A stretch of 64,000 nucleotides of DNA from Macrostomum lignano. Taxonomy: Eukaryota. The stretch's first letter is position 1. Each line of letters starts with the position of its first letter. The stretch lies in assembly GCA_002269645.1 (NCBI GenBank), contig NIVC01001319.1, positions 186,001-250,000 of the forward strand, given 5' to 3'. Below, piece by piece: positions 1 to 11,485 of this stretch. The notes under the pieces were generated by a model. The model did no database searches. It was not told the origin of the DNA and was given only the letters and a program-made list of their open reading frames with translations. Made by a program: the position numbers and the translations under genes.

Positions 1-22
1 TATTGGACTATTAGCAGAAGAG

Positions 23-928
23 TTGAGGAATAGATTAGAACTAGGGCCCATGAGAAATATTAAAATTCAGAAGTATACCCCCAGCCAAGACATCCGAATC
101 TGGCTGGTAGCCAGATGTGACGCCGAAGGAATAGACGTAGCCAATAGGAAAACTGAGTTAGTAGCTAATTTGGACTTGTCAATTGCTTTCGCTGCAGTTC
201 AGCGATTGAATTTGCCAGAAGAGTTGACCTATGAGGAGTTCAAGGATAGGCTTGTAGAAAGATTTGGTAGGCTAGGAAGTGCTTCCGAATTCCGTGAAGA
301 ATTTAGAGGAAGGATGCAGGGAAGAAATGAGGCGACCGACATGTTCGCTGATGCCCTGATAGAGCTGTCAAGCCGAGCATTCCCAAACATGAATGCCGAG
401 CAACGAGAAGAGGAGGTGGTAGAACAATTCATAAAAGGTGCCAGAATCCCCCCAGATACAAGGGAGAAGCTGATCTTTGCGCAGCCAGCTAGCCTGCAGG
501 AAGCTAGGCGCATGTTGAGGCGCATCGAAGCTGCTTGGCACATGTCCCACAAGAACGGAGTAAGAGTGATGAAAGATGAAGAAGGAGAGAAGGAGAGTCT
601 GACAGAAATTGTCAAGAAGCAGAAAGAGGAGCTGGAAAAGCAGCGAAAACTCATTCAGGAGCTACAGGCGGAGAGCCGCAAAGAGAAGGTGCAGGTGTAT
701 CAGCCAATGGCTACTCAGCCAGTGCATTATCAGCCTGCTGTAGTACAGCCTCAGCCTGTACGAATGGCTCCTCAGCCCCAGCCTGTGCGATACCAGCCCA
801 GGGCGTATCAGCCACAGCCACCCCCGCTAATGAACCAGCGCCCCAGGTTCCAAGCGCAGTCTCAGCCACCATCGGCTAGACCCAACCAGCACCGATTTCC
901 GCCAAGAAACCCGAATCAGGGAAACTGA
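23..928 (+). CDS. gag: Retrotransposon Gag-like protein with Q/P-rich C-terminus
   Basis: Capsid-like segment TYEEFKDRLVERFG...FREEFRGRMQG...EQFIKG, then a coiled coil and PQ-rich tail; directly upstream of pol. Confidence 0.85.
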   Translation: MRNRLELGPMRNIKIQKYTPSQDIRIWLVARCDAEGIDVANRKTELVANLDLSIAFAAVQRLNLPEELTYEEFKDRLVERFGRLGSASEFREEFRGRMQGRNEATDMFADALIELSSRAFPNMNAEQREEEVVEQFIKGARIPPDTREKLIFAQPASLQEARRMLRRIEAAWHMSHKNGVRVMKDEEGEKESLTEIVKKQKEELEKQRKLIQELQAESRKEKVQVYQPMATQPVHYQPAVVQPQPVRMAPQPQPVRYQPRAYQPQPPPLMNQRPRFQAQSQPPSARPNQHRFPPRNPNQGN

Positions 929-993
929 ATGGCGAGGGTCGGAAGTGGAGGCCACGTCCCTCAAGCAGAGCCCCAAGCGAAATGCAGGCCTCC
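919..993 (+). promoter_or_regulatory. -1 programmed ribosomal frameshift signal (G GGA AAC) with possible downstream pseudoknot
   Basis: In-frame X XXY YYZ heptamer at 919-925 immediately before the gag TGA; pol is in the -1 frame; GAGGG 934-938 pairs with CCCTC 958-962 and GGAGGCC 947-953 pairs with GGCCTCC 987-993. Confidence 0.8.
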
Positions 994-3648
994 CAAATTC
1001 CCCGCCAACCCGCTTGCGATATGGCAAACGGAGGGTGGCAACTTGTAAAAAGACGCAAGCGAAATGCTTATGCACCCAATGCGAAAATGCACCCTGTATC
1101 TACGCGAAATGCACCGACTGTACCTACTATGCCTGCATCATCAGCACCCGCACCTGCTGCTGCAGCAACCGCATCTGCTGCCGCATCATCCCAATTGCTT
1201 ACTTCGCCCAATATGTCAATCGCCGAGACCTTAGTCATCACGCCGACGACTGTCAAGCCCAAGAAGACGCGTCGAAATCGCCGCCGCAAACCCAAGAAGA
1301 CTCCAGCCAATGCCAAACTCGAGCTAATCAGCTCCAAGAGCTACGAAGCGATCGTAGTAGGCAACATCAATTGCCAAGAGATTGACTTCCTGCTAGACAC
1401 TGGAGCTAGCAATAATTTACTGAGTAAGTCAGTCTGGTCTAAGATTTTCAAGCCTGAGCAAATTAAAAGTACAAGTAGAAGAGTATCTACTTTTGACGGA
1501 GCTACAGTACAGCTAGGAGAAATTTCCGTTGCTGTTGAGTTTGGAGATATTCGAATTGAAATAACGTTCTTATTGTGTGGCCACGAATGTGACAACATTT
1601 TGGGAATGGAATTCTTTCTTGAGCAGTGCGAAAGCATTCATCTGACAAAAGGGATGCTGATCCTGAAAGAAGGAGCCTGTATACCTATGCAGTACACGCA
1701 CATGCCTGTACGAGTCTGCAGAGTGTACACTCAAGAAAAGGCAATTATCCCTGCAAGCAGCGCACTGCGCATTCCAGTAAGAATGGCGAAAAATGCCGAA
1801 GCTAACTATGGCGCCCTAATGACCATAGAAACGATTGGCGATGGCGTAAGAGCCAAAGAGCTAACGATCGAAAAGATCCCGACTCTGGTCACCATGCAAC
1901 AGGGCACCGCAGTCGTCGAAATTGTGAATCGACACCCCGTCGAAGTCAAGTTGCCCAAATCTGCATTGGTAGGGCTCGCTAAGCCCATGAAGGCCAAAGA
2001 TCTGATCTATTGGTCAGTGCCGACATCCGATCAGCAGCCATCAGCAGAAGTACAAGACTCAGCCCGTGTCAATCAGGTCCAAGCCACTGAAGAAGAGTGG
2101 GTGAGTGAAATTAGCATTGGTACCGATTTGACTACTGAACAGAAAGCAGCAGTAGTAGCATTAGTAAAAGAGCATCGAGAAGCTTTCTCTCAAAATGACC
2201 TCGATATGGGGCTAACTCATTTAGTGACCCACGAAATTTCTTTGAAAGACGAGACCCCTGTGAGAATCCCTACCCGCCGAATCCCTCCCCATCTCCAAAA
2301 GCAGGTTGACGCGCAGCTAGACGATATGCTAGCGAAAAATCTCATTCGTCCCTGCTATTCCACCTATTCCACCCCACTAGTTATCGTGCCAAAGAAAGAT
2401 GGCACTATTCGCATTGTCAGCGATTTCCGAGTGTTAAACTCGCGAGTGAACTATTTCCCCTACCCCCTCCCAAATATCCAAGAAACCTTCTCTAATCTCA
2501 CAGGAAGTCAATTCTTCAGCAGCCTCGATCTTAACTCAGGCTATTGGCAGGTCCCAATTAAGGAAGAACATAAGTTCATGACAGCTTTTTCCACTCTGAC
2601 TAGAGGACAGTTTGAGTACCAGGTGATGGCGCAGGGATTATCCAATGCCCCCGGTACCTTTCAGAGGCTAATGAACTTAGTACTCGCTGGAATTCAGCAC
2701 AAGTTTGCTATGTCCTATATTGACGATATTGTCACTTATTCAAAACAGTTCGAAGACCATTTGTCTCATTTGAAAGAAGTTTTCCAGAGACTAATCAATG
2801 CCGGATTAAAGCTTAGAGCGAAAAAGTGCAATTTGTTCCATAGAGAGCTGAAGTATTTAGGCCACGTGATAGGTAGAGATGGTATTCGAACTGACGAAGC
2901 AAAGATCGAAGCGATCAAAAGCTGGCCTAAACCGAAAGAGGTGAAAGAGCTACGCAGCTTTCTAGGACTGTGTAATTATTACAGTCGATTCGTAAAAAAC
3001 TATGCTGAAGCCGCGCACCCACTGTTTCAGCTCACCCGAAAGGGAGTGCAAAATTTCTCAGCAAAGTGGACAGATGTGCATGATAAGGCTTTTGAATCAT
3101 TAAAACAGCGCATGATGTCAACGGAGGTGCTTGCGTATCCTGAATTCGTAGATGACGAAAATGTCAAAATGGTTCTGGATACCGATGCCAGTGAAGGGCG
3201 GATTGGGGCCTGTTTAGGCCAGATCCAGTCCGATGGTATCGAAAGGCCTATTGCGTACTTTAGCCGCGCAACGAAAGAGTCGGAAAAGCGCTACCCTATC
3301 ACTCGAAAGGAGTTGTTAGCACTAGTAGACGCTATGAGACACTTTCGTTTCTATTTGATCGGAAAAAAATTTCTTGCCCGAACTGACCATAAAGCAATTC
3401 TCTGGTTGCTACGGCAAACAGAAGCCCAGGGTATCTTAGGACGTTGGGTTGAGCGCCTGACTGAGTTCCAATTTGACATTGAACACAGAAGTGGCGCCAA
3501 GCATACCAACGCGGACAGCTTGTCCAGGAGACCCGCTGAGACAGCCGAAACAGGCCAGAGTGAGAAGTCAAACACTGAATTGGTGACTAAAGGCGATAAT
3601 GCCAACCCAGAATTTCCCTCCCCCAACAGAGCCGAATTGGCCGATTAA
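919..3648 (+). CDS. pol: Pol polyprotein: aspartic protease, reverse transcriptase, RNase H; no integrase
   Basis: LLDTGAS (protease), LDLNSGYWQV and YIDD (RT), DTDAS / KELLALV / TDHKAI / NADSLSR (RNase H); frame is open from 919 through ATG 982 to the stop at 3646-3648. Confidence 0.93.
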   Translation, partial: GKLNGEGRKWRPRPSSRAPSEMQASQIPRQPACDMANGGWQLVKRRKRNAYAPNAKMHPVSTRNAPTVPTMPASSAPAPAAAATASAAASSQLLTSPNMSIAETLVITPTTVKPKKTRRNRRRKPKKTPANAKLELISSKSYEAIVVGNINCQEIDFLLDTGASNNLLSKSVWSKIFKPEQIKSTSRRVSTFDGATVQLGEISVAVEFGDIRIEITFLLCGHECDNILGMEFFLEQCESIHLTKGMLILKEGACIPMQYTHMPVRVCRVYTQEKAIIPASSALRIPVRMAKNAEANYGALMTIETIGDGVRAKELTIEKIPTLVTMQQGTAVVEIVNRHPVEVKLPKSALVGLAKPMKAKDLIYWSVPTSDQQPSAEVQDSARVNQVQATEEEWVSEISIGTDLTTEQKAAVVALVKEHREAFSQNDLDMGLTHLVTHEISLKDETPVRIPTRRIPPHLQKQVDAQLDDMLAKNLIRPCYSTYSTPLVIVPKKDGTIRIVSDFRVLNSRVNYFPYPLPNIQETFSNLTGSQFFSSLDLNSGYWQVPIKEEHKFMTAFSTLTRGQFEYQVMAQGLSNAPGTFQRLMNLVLAGIQHKFAMSYIDDIVTYSKQFEDHLSHLKEVFQRLINAGLKLRAKKCNLFHRELKYLGHVIGRDGIRTDEAKIEAIKSWPKPKEVKELRSFLGLCNYYSRFVKNYAEAAHPLFQLTRKGVQNFSAKWTDVHDKAFESLKQRMMSTEVLAYPEFVDDENVKMVLDTDASEGRIGACLGQIQSDGIERPIAYFSRATKESEKRYPITRKELLALVDAMRHFRFYLIGKKFLARTDHKAILWLLRQTEAQGILGRWVERLTEFQFDIEHRSGAKHTNADSLSRRPAETAETGQSEKSNTELVTKGDNANPEFPSPNRAELAD

Positions 3649-4239
3649 TTATATAGTTTATAATAATTAAATCCACCTCCCACACGCTCAAAGGTAACCT
3701 ATAGAGTGGTAAAGTAGATAGAGTGGTAAAGTGAATTGTTGATTCAAGATGAAGAGAATTCATCTTGTTTAGCTCTTGTTTAGCTCTTGTATCTTGTAAG
3801 GCAAGGTAGCTACGCTGCACAAGCACAAATGTATTGAATTGAAGAACCGATCAGGCAATCACATGGAATGGAACAAAAATACTTATTTAATTTGAACGTC
3901 ATTCAGTAAATTTAGTTGGTAATTAACAATAAGCTTGGTATTCAATGCAAGTAGCAACTTTATTTAAGCAAGGATAATTCGAACAAAAATTTTAATTTTA
4001 ATTAAAAAAATTAAAATCAGGAAAATTAATTAAATAATTTAATTTTAAATTCAAATTCAAATTTAAATTTAGTTTTTGTTTCTAGCTAAAATACCGAGAG
4101 CTGCCGAATACCGAGCAAATGAGATTGAGTCTGCCATGTAGGGTACAACATCAGGTGAGGAAGGAGGGTCAAACTGAAAACGCAAAAAATATTTTTCTAA
4201 GCAAAAAGTTTTGCATTCATACCGGTGTGATCGCCTGAA

Positions 4240-5330
4240 GAACATGCGAGTTCGCGAAGCGGATCAACGTGCTAACGAAGGACCCTCGCAGCGACGGACT
4301 CGATTGGAGCAGCAGCAGGAGTACTACTTAGAGCGACGGATGTCATACGCGTCTGTTGACTCCGGGTGAGTTTATCGAAACTTTTGGAGCATACTATTAT
4401 GCAATAAAAACTGTTAAATCTAGTATCGTTTTTGTTAGCGTTTTTGCTCTCGCAATGTTTTCAGTAACCTGTGTATAAATATATCGTACCACACTGTTTA
4501 TATAGGAGTACTCACCGCCACGGGCCGTAGCTCCGTACAGCGCACTGCGACTGCAAAATGTACCCGGTGACGGAAACTGTTTTTACCACGCGGTGTGTGA
4601 CCAATTGAGAGGCACACCGCTGAGTGAGTTCACAGCTGCCTCCTTACGCCAGGAGCTCACGCATCGTGCCAGACCCCATATACTGTCTGCAGAAGCTCAT
4701 GGAGAATTCGTGCGGGGTTCTTCCCAAGGTATTCTGAAAGCCTCTGAGACGCTGAACGTCAATGTTCGCGACGAAATCGTGCCGTTTTTAAGCGTATTCA
4801 ACATTGACCTGGTGATTTACCAGAGGAACGGAAGTGTGCTGAAAACTTATTTGTCTCCAATGCAGCCCCCCGTCGCAACGGTGAGAGTGATGTTGCACAA
4901 TGGGCATTATCAGTCTGTGCTGCCGTGTTTTCCCACCCTCACTAACGCCACCCAGGATGCTGACAGTTGCAATGCTGCCGGCGCCGGGCCCTCATCCGTA
5001 AACCAGTTAGGGCTGTCTGAGGCTGCCGAGGACAATACCGCAGCATCGAGCACCAGACCTGGCGCAGATCGCATCGCTGGCAGCCAGCCTACTGCTACAG
5101 CGGAAGGTGCCGATGCTGCTCATGCTGGCGATTGGGACTCCAGCGATGACCCAGATTCTCGAAGGTCAACACCATCAGCAGCACACTCAGCCGGTCGCAT
5201 GATCTGGCCCTGCAGCGATTGCGGTGCCCTGCGATGGAAGCTGGAGCTCTAAGGGCTGTGCTGCAGCGGAGGCAAGGTGAAGGCCCTTCCACGATGCAGC
5301 AGCAAGCAATAAAATTTCCAGAAACGTATT
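4240..5330 (+). pseudogene. Helitron N-terminal remnant: STPR-like exon, OTU protease domain, Cys-cluster
   Basis: VPGDGNCFYHAVCDQL and HNGHYQSV (OTU catalytic Cys and His motifs); CSDCGALRWKLEL*GLCCSGGKVK resembles the Helitron N-terminal zinc finger and contains a stop. Confidence 0.75.
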
Positions 5331-5338
5331 TTGTTGGG

Positions 5339-5537
5339 TGCATAGGATCAAGCTAATGCCCGAATTGTTGGGTGCACAGGATCAAGCTAATGCCCGAATT
5401 GTTGGGTGCATGGGATCAAACCAATGCCCGAATTGTTGCAAGCATAGGATCAAGCTAATGCCCGAATTGTTGGGTGCATAGGATCAAGCTAATGCCCGAA
5501 TCGTTGGGTGCATAGGATCAAGCTAATGCTCGAATTG
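5339..5537. repeat. 34-bp minisatellite, about 6 copies
   Basis: Unit cataggatcaagctaatgcccgaattgttgggtg, with starts at 5341, 5375, 5409 and onward. Confidence 0.92.
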
Positions 5538-5620
5538 AGGTCCTGATTTATTGACAATGCTTATTGGTTTTGTTCAGTTTTCTATAACGCTCTTAAATAC
5601 TGCTTGCTGCATAGTTCTCA

Positions 5621-5647
5621 AGTGGTGACTCAAAACAAGTCACCACT
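5621..5647. other. Perfect 10-bp hairpin, candidate Helitron/Helentron terminal palindrome
   Basis: agtggtgact-caaaaca-agtcaccact, about 80 bp past the stop of the minus-strand helicase remnant. Confidence 0.5.
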
Positions 5648-5726
5648 GCGGCGCAAAAAAAGAAACGGAAAATTGTTAAGAATAAAAATGTGAACATCAC
5701 AGTTCTGAAAAGCAATAGCTGGCCGT

Positions 5727-6860
5727 CTAATCTTCTCCAGAGAATACCTCAGGGTACACAATATTGCGCGTTGTATTACCGCAAATCCGAACGCGAACAT
5801 TTCCTGCATCTTTCGCTCGAGACAGCGCAGTGTACAGCTGGCCGTGCATGAACACGCCTACCGTAAGGTCGATGCCAACGGTCTCCAGCGACTGGCCCTG
5901 TGACTTATGAATCTTCAGGCAGAAGCTGGGTCTGACAGGAAACTGCAACCGCTTAAAGGCAATTGGGTAGGTCCACATTGTTCGGCTCCAGCGGGATGCG
6001 AGGCAGCAGCACCTCATCGCCTGCGAACTGGCCAGCTGCCACTTTGCAGCGAAGTACGATGTCACCGAGTGCCAGAATAATCAATATCGTGTCATTGCAT
6101 AGCCGAGGTGGGTTGAGGTTCCGCAGCAACACCACCAGAATGACCACCTTGAACTTAAGCAGGTGCTGTGGCAGGTTTGGCGCCTAGCCGGTTTAGCAGC
6201 TCCGGTGGGAAGTGTGTGGCGGAGTCTTCATCGGACACGCTGTCCACAGACCGGTACTCTCAGGCTGCCAGGGAACAAGACCAGGCACTCGTCGTTGATG
6301 GCGTCCATCCACGGACTCATTGTAAGGTGCCGGGATGGCTCGGCTGGCGAAATAGCCGTCTCTGTCCGCAGATGCGCTGAACGATGGGTAGACAAACTGG
6401 ATCAAGTCCTTTAGCGAGGCATTGGACGGCATCAGGATCTCTAGGGGAGGCAAAATGTTCCCATCCGAGTCTTCCCGGATAGAGCCGGAACCGATCTGCA
6501 TGGAGAAAATCGCTCAGCAGCCGCAGGTTTCGAGTCAGGCGGTGCCGTCGGAATGATCTCCACAGGCTGGATCTGCTGACGCACACCTGGATGCTGTTAG
6601 CCCTGGTTCCTTTCTGCACCACCGGTAGCAACTGCCGGAAGTCTCCGCCGCACACCAGCACGACTCCGCCTAATGGCGAATCCTGCTTTCGGATGTCCCG
6701 CAGAGTCCGCTCAACGGCCTCCAAGTCCCTGCGGTCAGCCATGAAGATTTAATTCCACACAATGAGTCTCGTGGCCCTGAATAGGGTAGCCTGCCTGGAC
6801 TGCGCACCAACACGACAGACGTCCTTGTCTGGGCGCACGAGGCGAACCAGGATCTTAAAC
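5727..6860 (-). pseudogene. PIF1-family helicase C-terminal half (Helitron RepHel remnant), frameshifted
   Basis: GDFRQLLPVV, HKSQGQSL and HGQLYTALSRA motifs spread over several frames; begins at an AG acceptor. Confidence 0.88.
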
Positions 6861-7490
6861 CTATATTTAAACCTATCTTAAACCTAAAACTGTTTTAAAT
6901 GGGCTTTTCAATGTAAAGACTCCGCTGCTAATTTTTGTGATTGCATCAGAGCTAATTTCAATTGACGGGCGCACTGATAAGAGAATTCATTGCGAGAGGT
7001 GCATACTTTGTGCGCCCCACTTGTGTCTAGATAATTACTCGTACTGCCAATATTATTGCACAGACCTGACTAATTTAATTTTGAAATTTGAAAACTGTGC
7101 CGACCTTGCCTCCTACCGCACACCAAAACCCTTACCCCCTAAATTTTGAGGCAGGCCAGTGCACATTTCTAGCCCTCTGCCCCTGTTTTAGCGACTCTGT
7201 TTTATCTGTCTTATCGATTTTTTAGTTTTTACCCTAGCCCCAGAACCTGATAAATAACTTGCTATTTTGTTTGGTTAGGCACTTATCTAATTCTTCAGAT
7301 ATTCAACTCAATCTGCTTAAAACTCTTCTATCATTTCAAGCCTTTTACTATTACCATTTTAGCATTCTATCTTAGACATTTTGTATAGGTGGATTCTATT
7401 CTATTCTATTATATTCTATACATTATTACTATCACTATTACTTTACTATTACTATTCTACTATTTATTATATACTATACTATTCTCAAAT

Positions 7491-7899
7491 ATGGTTCGAC
7501 GCAGTGCCAGCAGTTTAAAGAAGAGTCGCGATGCCAAGCGACGGCGACAGGCTGAATCGGAGGCTGATTGCGAGGCCCGTTTGGATGGACAACGTCGGCG
7601 ACTCACTGAGCACCGAGCCTCTCAAAGTGAGGATGAGCGATCTGCCCGACTGGGAGAACAACGGCAGCGGAATGCTCAGCGCAAAGACGCCGAGACCGAG
7701 GCTGAGCGAGCTGCCCGACTAGGAGAACAGCGGCAGCGGGATGCTCAGCGCAGAGACGCCGAGACCGAGGCTGAGCGATCTGCCCGACTGGGAGAACAGC
7801 GGCAGCGGGATGCTCAGCGCAGAGACGCCGAGACCGAGGCTGAGCGATCTGCCCGACTGGAAGCCGAGCAGACAGTCGCCGTGGAGCTTCGGTTTGCAG
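7491..7899 (+). pseudogene. STPR-like charged repeat exon (ETEAERSARLGEQRQRDAQRRDA)n
   Basis: 69-bp (23-aa) tandem repeats typical of Helitron N-termini; ends at a cag|gtgagt donor. Confidence 0.7.
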
Positions 7900-8491
7900 G
7901 TGAGTTTTACAGTATTACATAACTTGTTTTTCGTTTCTCTTAATCTCTCTTTGGTTAGGGTTAGTTATCTGGCACCTACGGACAAACCATTTTATTATAT
8001 GGATGGATCTTAGAGATTTAGTATAGTTGGATATTGCATAGAAATGTGTTACTAAGAATCTGCATTTGCAAGAAACATTTCTAGGAATTTTTAATTGTGA
8101 GAAAGGTTTTCTAAGGATCTGTATTTGTAAGAGAGCATTTGAAGTAATCTGTATATTAAGAGAGCATTTTTAGTAATCTGTATATTGGATAGAAGTGTGT
8201 TTCTAAGAATCTGTGTTTGTATGAATTGTGTTTTTAATAATCTGCCTTTCTAAGAAACTTTTATAAGAATTTTAATTGTAAGAAAGGTTTTCTACGAATC
8301 TGTATTTGTAAGAGAGAATTTGTACTAATCTGTATATTGCATAGGAGTGTTTTCTAAGGATCTGTATTTCTATGAATCTGCATTTGCAAGAAACGTTTCT
8401 AAGAATCTGTGATTGTGGAAATGTGTTTTTCAGAGTTTTTATATGTGATAATAAGCTTTTCAGGGTCTAAAGTATAACTTCAATCTTTCAG

Positions 8492-8810
8492 GTTTGGTAG
8501 TGGTGAGTTGGCCACACCAGCTGTGGTTCCATTCAGTACGCTAAGTGTTGTTAGCATTCCGGGTGATGGGAATTGCTTTTTTCATGCAGTATGTGACCAG
8601 TTGCAGGGCACTCCGCTTGAGACCAATGCAGCGTCTTTAAGGAATGAACTGACATGCCGTGCGGTGCAGGTAATGCCAGAATTGATTGACGAAGGTTTTG
8701 TTTTACCGGAAAATGCTGATTCCATTATTAATGACTCTTTTTCTGAGGGCACCCATGTTCCTGATGAAGTCGTTACGAATATTCGCAGTAACTTGCGAAT
8801 AATTAAATAA
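8492..8810 (+). pseudogene. Truncated OTU-domain exon
   Basis: IPGDGNCFFHAVCDQL; paralogous to the OTU at about 4560; C-terminal His motif is missing. Confidence 0.75.
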
Positions 8811-8864
8811 GTAAATATGTGAATATTTCCTCTGCTGTATGATACCCAAATTTGTCCATGTCAG

Positions 8865-10183
8865 GTTCAAGATACCAATTCGGGTATTACGCTCAAACAA
8901 GGACGTGTGCGCTGTTGGAGTGCAGTCCAAACAGGCTGCTGTATTTCGCACACCGCGTCTAATTGTGTGGGACGAGATTTCTATGACAAACCGGAAGGAT
9001 TTGGAGGCGGTCGACCGGTGCTTAGGAGATGTGCGGAAGCAGGACTCGTAATTTTGCGGACTGGTGTTTGTGTGCGCTGGTGACTTCCGGCAGCTCCTAC
9101 CCGTTGTGGTGCATGGGACTCGTGCGAACAGCGTCATGGCGTGTGTGAGCCGATCCTCACTGTGGAAATACTCCAACGGCGTCGCCTGACGAGAAACATT
9201 CGGATGCTGAGCAGTTCCGATCCTGTAGCGTATCAGATGTACACCGAGCTACTCAAGCAGGTAAGTCTGATTTCATCAGTTTATTATATGATTGGCAATG
9301 AGACACTAGGCGCGAATTTGTTTTTGAGCTCAATTTTTTAAGTTTGCGTCATTTAGGAATGCCTGTGCTTAAAAGTGTGTATAAGTTATGAAATATTCGA
9401 CATTTTAACCCTCCACAGATCGGATCCGGAACAATGGAGCAGGATGTGGAGGAGAAAGTGTCTCTGCCAGCCGAGATCGTGATTTCTGCGGAAGGGCCTC
9501 TCACTGACCTGATCAATTTTGTGTACCCATCGTCTGAAGAACCAGTGGAGAGAGACAGCTACTTTGCAAGCCAAGCGATCCTGGCGCCTTACAATGACTC
9601 AGTGAATGCCATCAATGAGACGTGTCTGGGCATGTTCCCCGGAAGCCTGCGGGAGTACCGCTCAATAGACAGTGTGGCCGATGAGGATTCCGCTACGCAC
9701 TTCCCGCCTGAGTTGCTGAACCAGCTGGATGCCCCGAACTTTCCGATTCACTTGTTGAGGCTGAAAGTGGGTATGCCAGTAGTGTTTCTGAGGAACATCA
9801 ACCCGCCACGGTTGGGCAATGGTACGCGGCTCATTATACTCGCGATGGGCGAGAACGTGATTCGGTGCAAGATTGCCGCTGGCCAGTTCACGGGAGACGA
9901 GATTCTTCTGCCGCGAATCCCGCTGATTCCTAGCAATGCGGACCTGCCAGTCAGTTTTAAACGATTACAAATCCCTGTGAAGCCGAGTGTCTGCCTGACG
10001 ATTCACAAGTCCCAGGGACAGTTTCTGGACACAGTTGGCGTGGACCTCGCTGTCGGTTGCTTTACTCATGGCCAGCTGTATACGGCTCTGTCGCGAGCGA
10101 GGAACGCTGCTAATGTCCGTGTTCGTACTTCTGGAACCAAGACGAGAAACGTGGTGTACCCAGAGGTGCTCACTGGAGACTAA
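8865..10183 (+). pseudogene. PIF1 helicase C-terminal half, two exons (intron 9261-9418)
   Basis: WDEISM, GDFRQLLPVV, HKSQGQ and GQLYTALSRAR; nonsense codon at 9049-9051 and a frameshift near 9170; cag|gtaagt and ccacag|atc splice sites are in phase 0. Confidence 0.88.
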
Positions 10184-10454
10184 GCGATTTCAGACGCTAT
10201 TCGTGAGTTCAAGTCCAAGGGATATGTTTGAGAAGTGTCTGGCGTCTGACTGTAGAAAGTAAAATCAAAGTCGCGTGGAGTCTCAATGAACTGATAGCCC
10301 TGAAAGAGTGCATTGAGTAAATCCTATTTACGAGGGATGTTTCATAAGCTCTTTCTTATACTTATCTATAACAGTTTTACACGAACATAATATACAGTCA
10401 TTTAACATACAAAAAGCGCAGCCACTGATCACTGATCAGATGAAAGTACAGGTA

Positions 10455-10725
10455 TAAACAGACAATAATACAGTCACTATGCAGACAGTCTCTAAACGGA
10501 CAATAATACAGCCTTTAAACAGACAATACAGTCTCTACAGACAATACGGTCTCTAAACAGACAATACGGTCTCTAAACAGACAGTACGGCATCTAAGCAG
10601 ACAATACAGTCTCTAGACAGACAATACAGTCTCTAAACAGGCAATACAGCCTCTGAACAGACAGTACAGTCTCTAAGCAGACAATACAGTCTCTAAACAG
10701 GAAATGCAGCCTCTAAACAGATATT
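10455..10725. repeat. 20-bp minisatellite in the Helitron 3' region
   Basis: Unit taaacagacaatacagtctc, about 13 copies. Confidence 0.88.
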
Positions 10726-11485
10726 AGTACAGGTATATATAAGCAGGTGAAACATGTATGTATAATTGGAATTTATGAAGCATCCCTCATTGAGAGTAGG
10801 TTGACTGCATCTTAACTGGGCTAAAAGAGTTTGTGAATGGTGTATAGGAGCTGCTCTATATACCCTGTGGTTCCAGACTGTGGTTCCCTGTGGAGCATTT
10901 GCAGTCAAGTTCTGTAGCAGCCTTAAGCAAAGCGGAGCGACTTAATGTTTGGTTTGAGAATGAATGTCTCTACATTTGCTTACACCCAATGCATGCAATT
11001 GAGCAGTGACGCGAGTCGGCAGCTAGTCAGGATGGCATATACATGTACATTTTTGTACTGCTAAAGCTATACTGGCTGCTTGTCGATCGCACCATCTGCT
11101 GAAGCGACAGTCGATCTTTTAGTTAATTAATTATTACATTTTTTTAATATCTGTACGAAATATTCAACTTGCTCAGCGTTAGCAGTCAGAAGCAGATAAT
11201 ATATCATTTGAATAAATACACGTGTTTGTTAAATTTTTGTTTCAATTTTTAAACATCAATCCTTGGTTGTTTAAAATTTAAAATTTAAAATTTAATTAAA
11301 AGCACATTGTTTTTTGTTGCCGTTTGTTCATTGTTAGTTATAGCACTTAATGGATAAAACTGTTTTTGTACTGTGTATAATAATCGTCAAACTTACAGAA
11401 ATGGTTAATAGTTCGGCGAAGAATTTATCCATGCAGTTTCGTATTTTCCTACATTCAAAGTAAGCAAGTATGAAATGGAAAGTGT

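Larger units (their letters stand above)
1..3648 (+). mobile_element. Ty3/Gypsy LTR retrotransposon internal region (gag-pol), lacking integrase and 3' LTR
   Basis: Gag ORF followed by PR-RT-RNaseH in Gypsy order; reading frame is open at position 1, so the 5' end lies upstream of the window. Confidence 0.93.
7491..11026 (+). mobile_element. Internally deleted Helitron (STPR repeats + OTU + PIF1 C-half; Rep/HUH absent); 5' end not resolved, lies upstream of 7491
   Basis: Domain content, plus 3' hairpin gacgcgagtc followed by CTAG|T at 11023-11027. Confidence 0.8.

Noticed and set aside
945-1385. Cys-rich ORF suggesting a zinc knuckle or metallothionein
   Set aside because: Alternative frame of an Ala/Pro-rich GCA-repeat stretch of pol; no CCHC spacing
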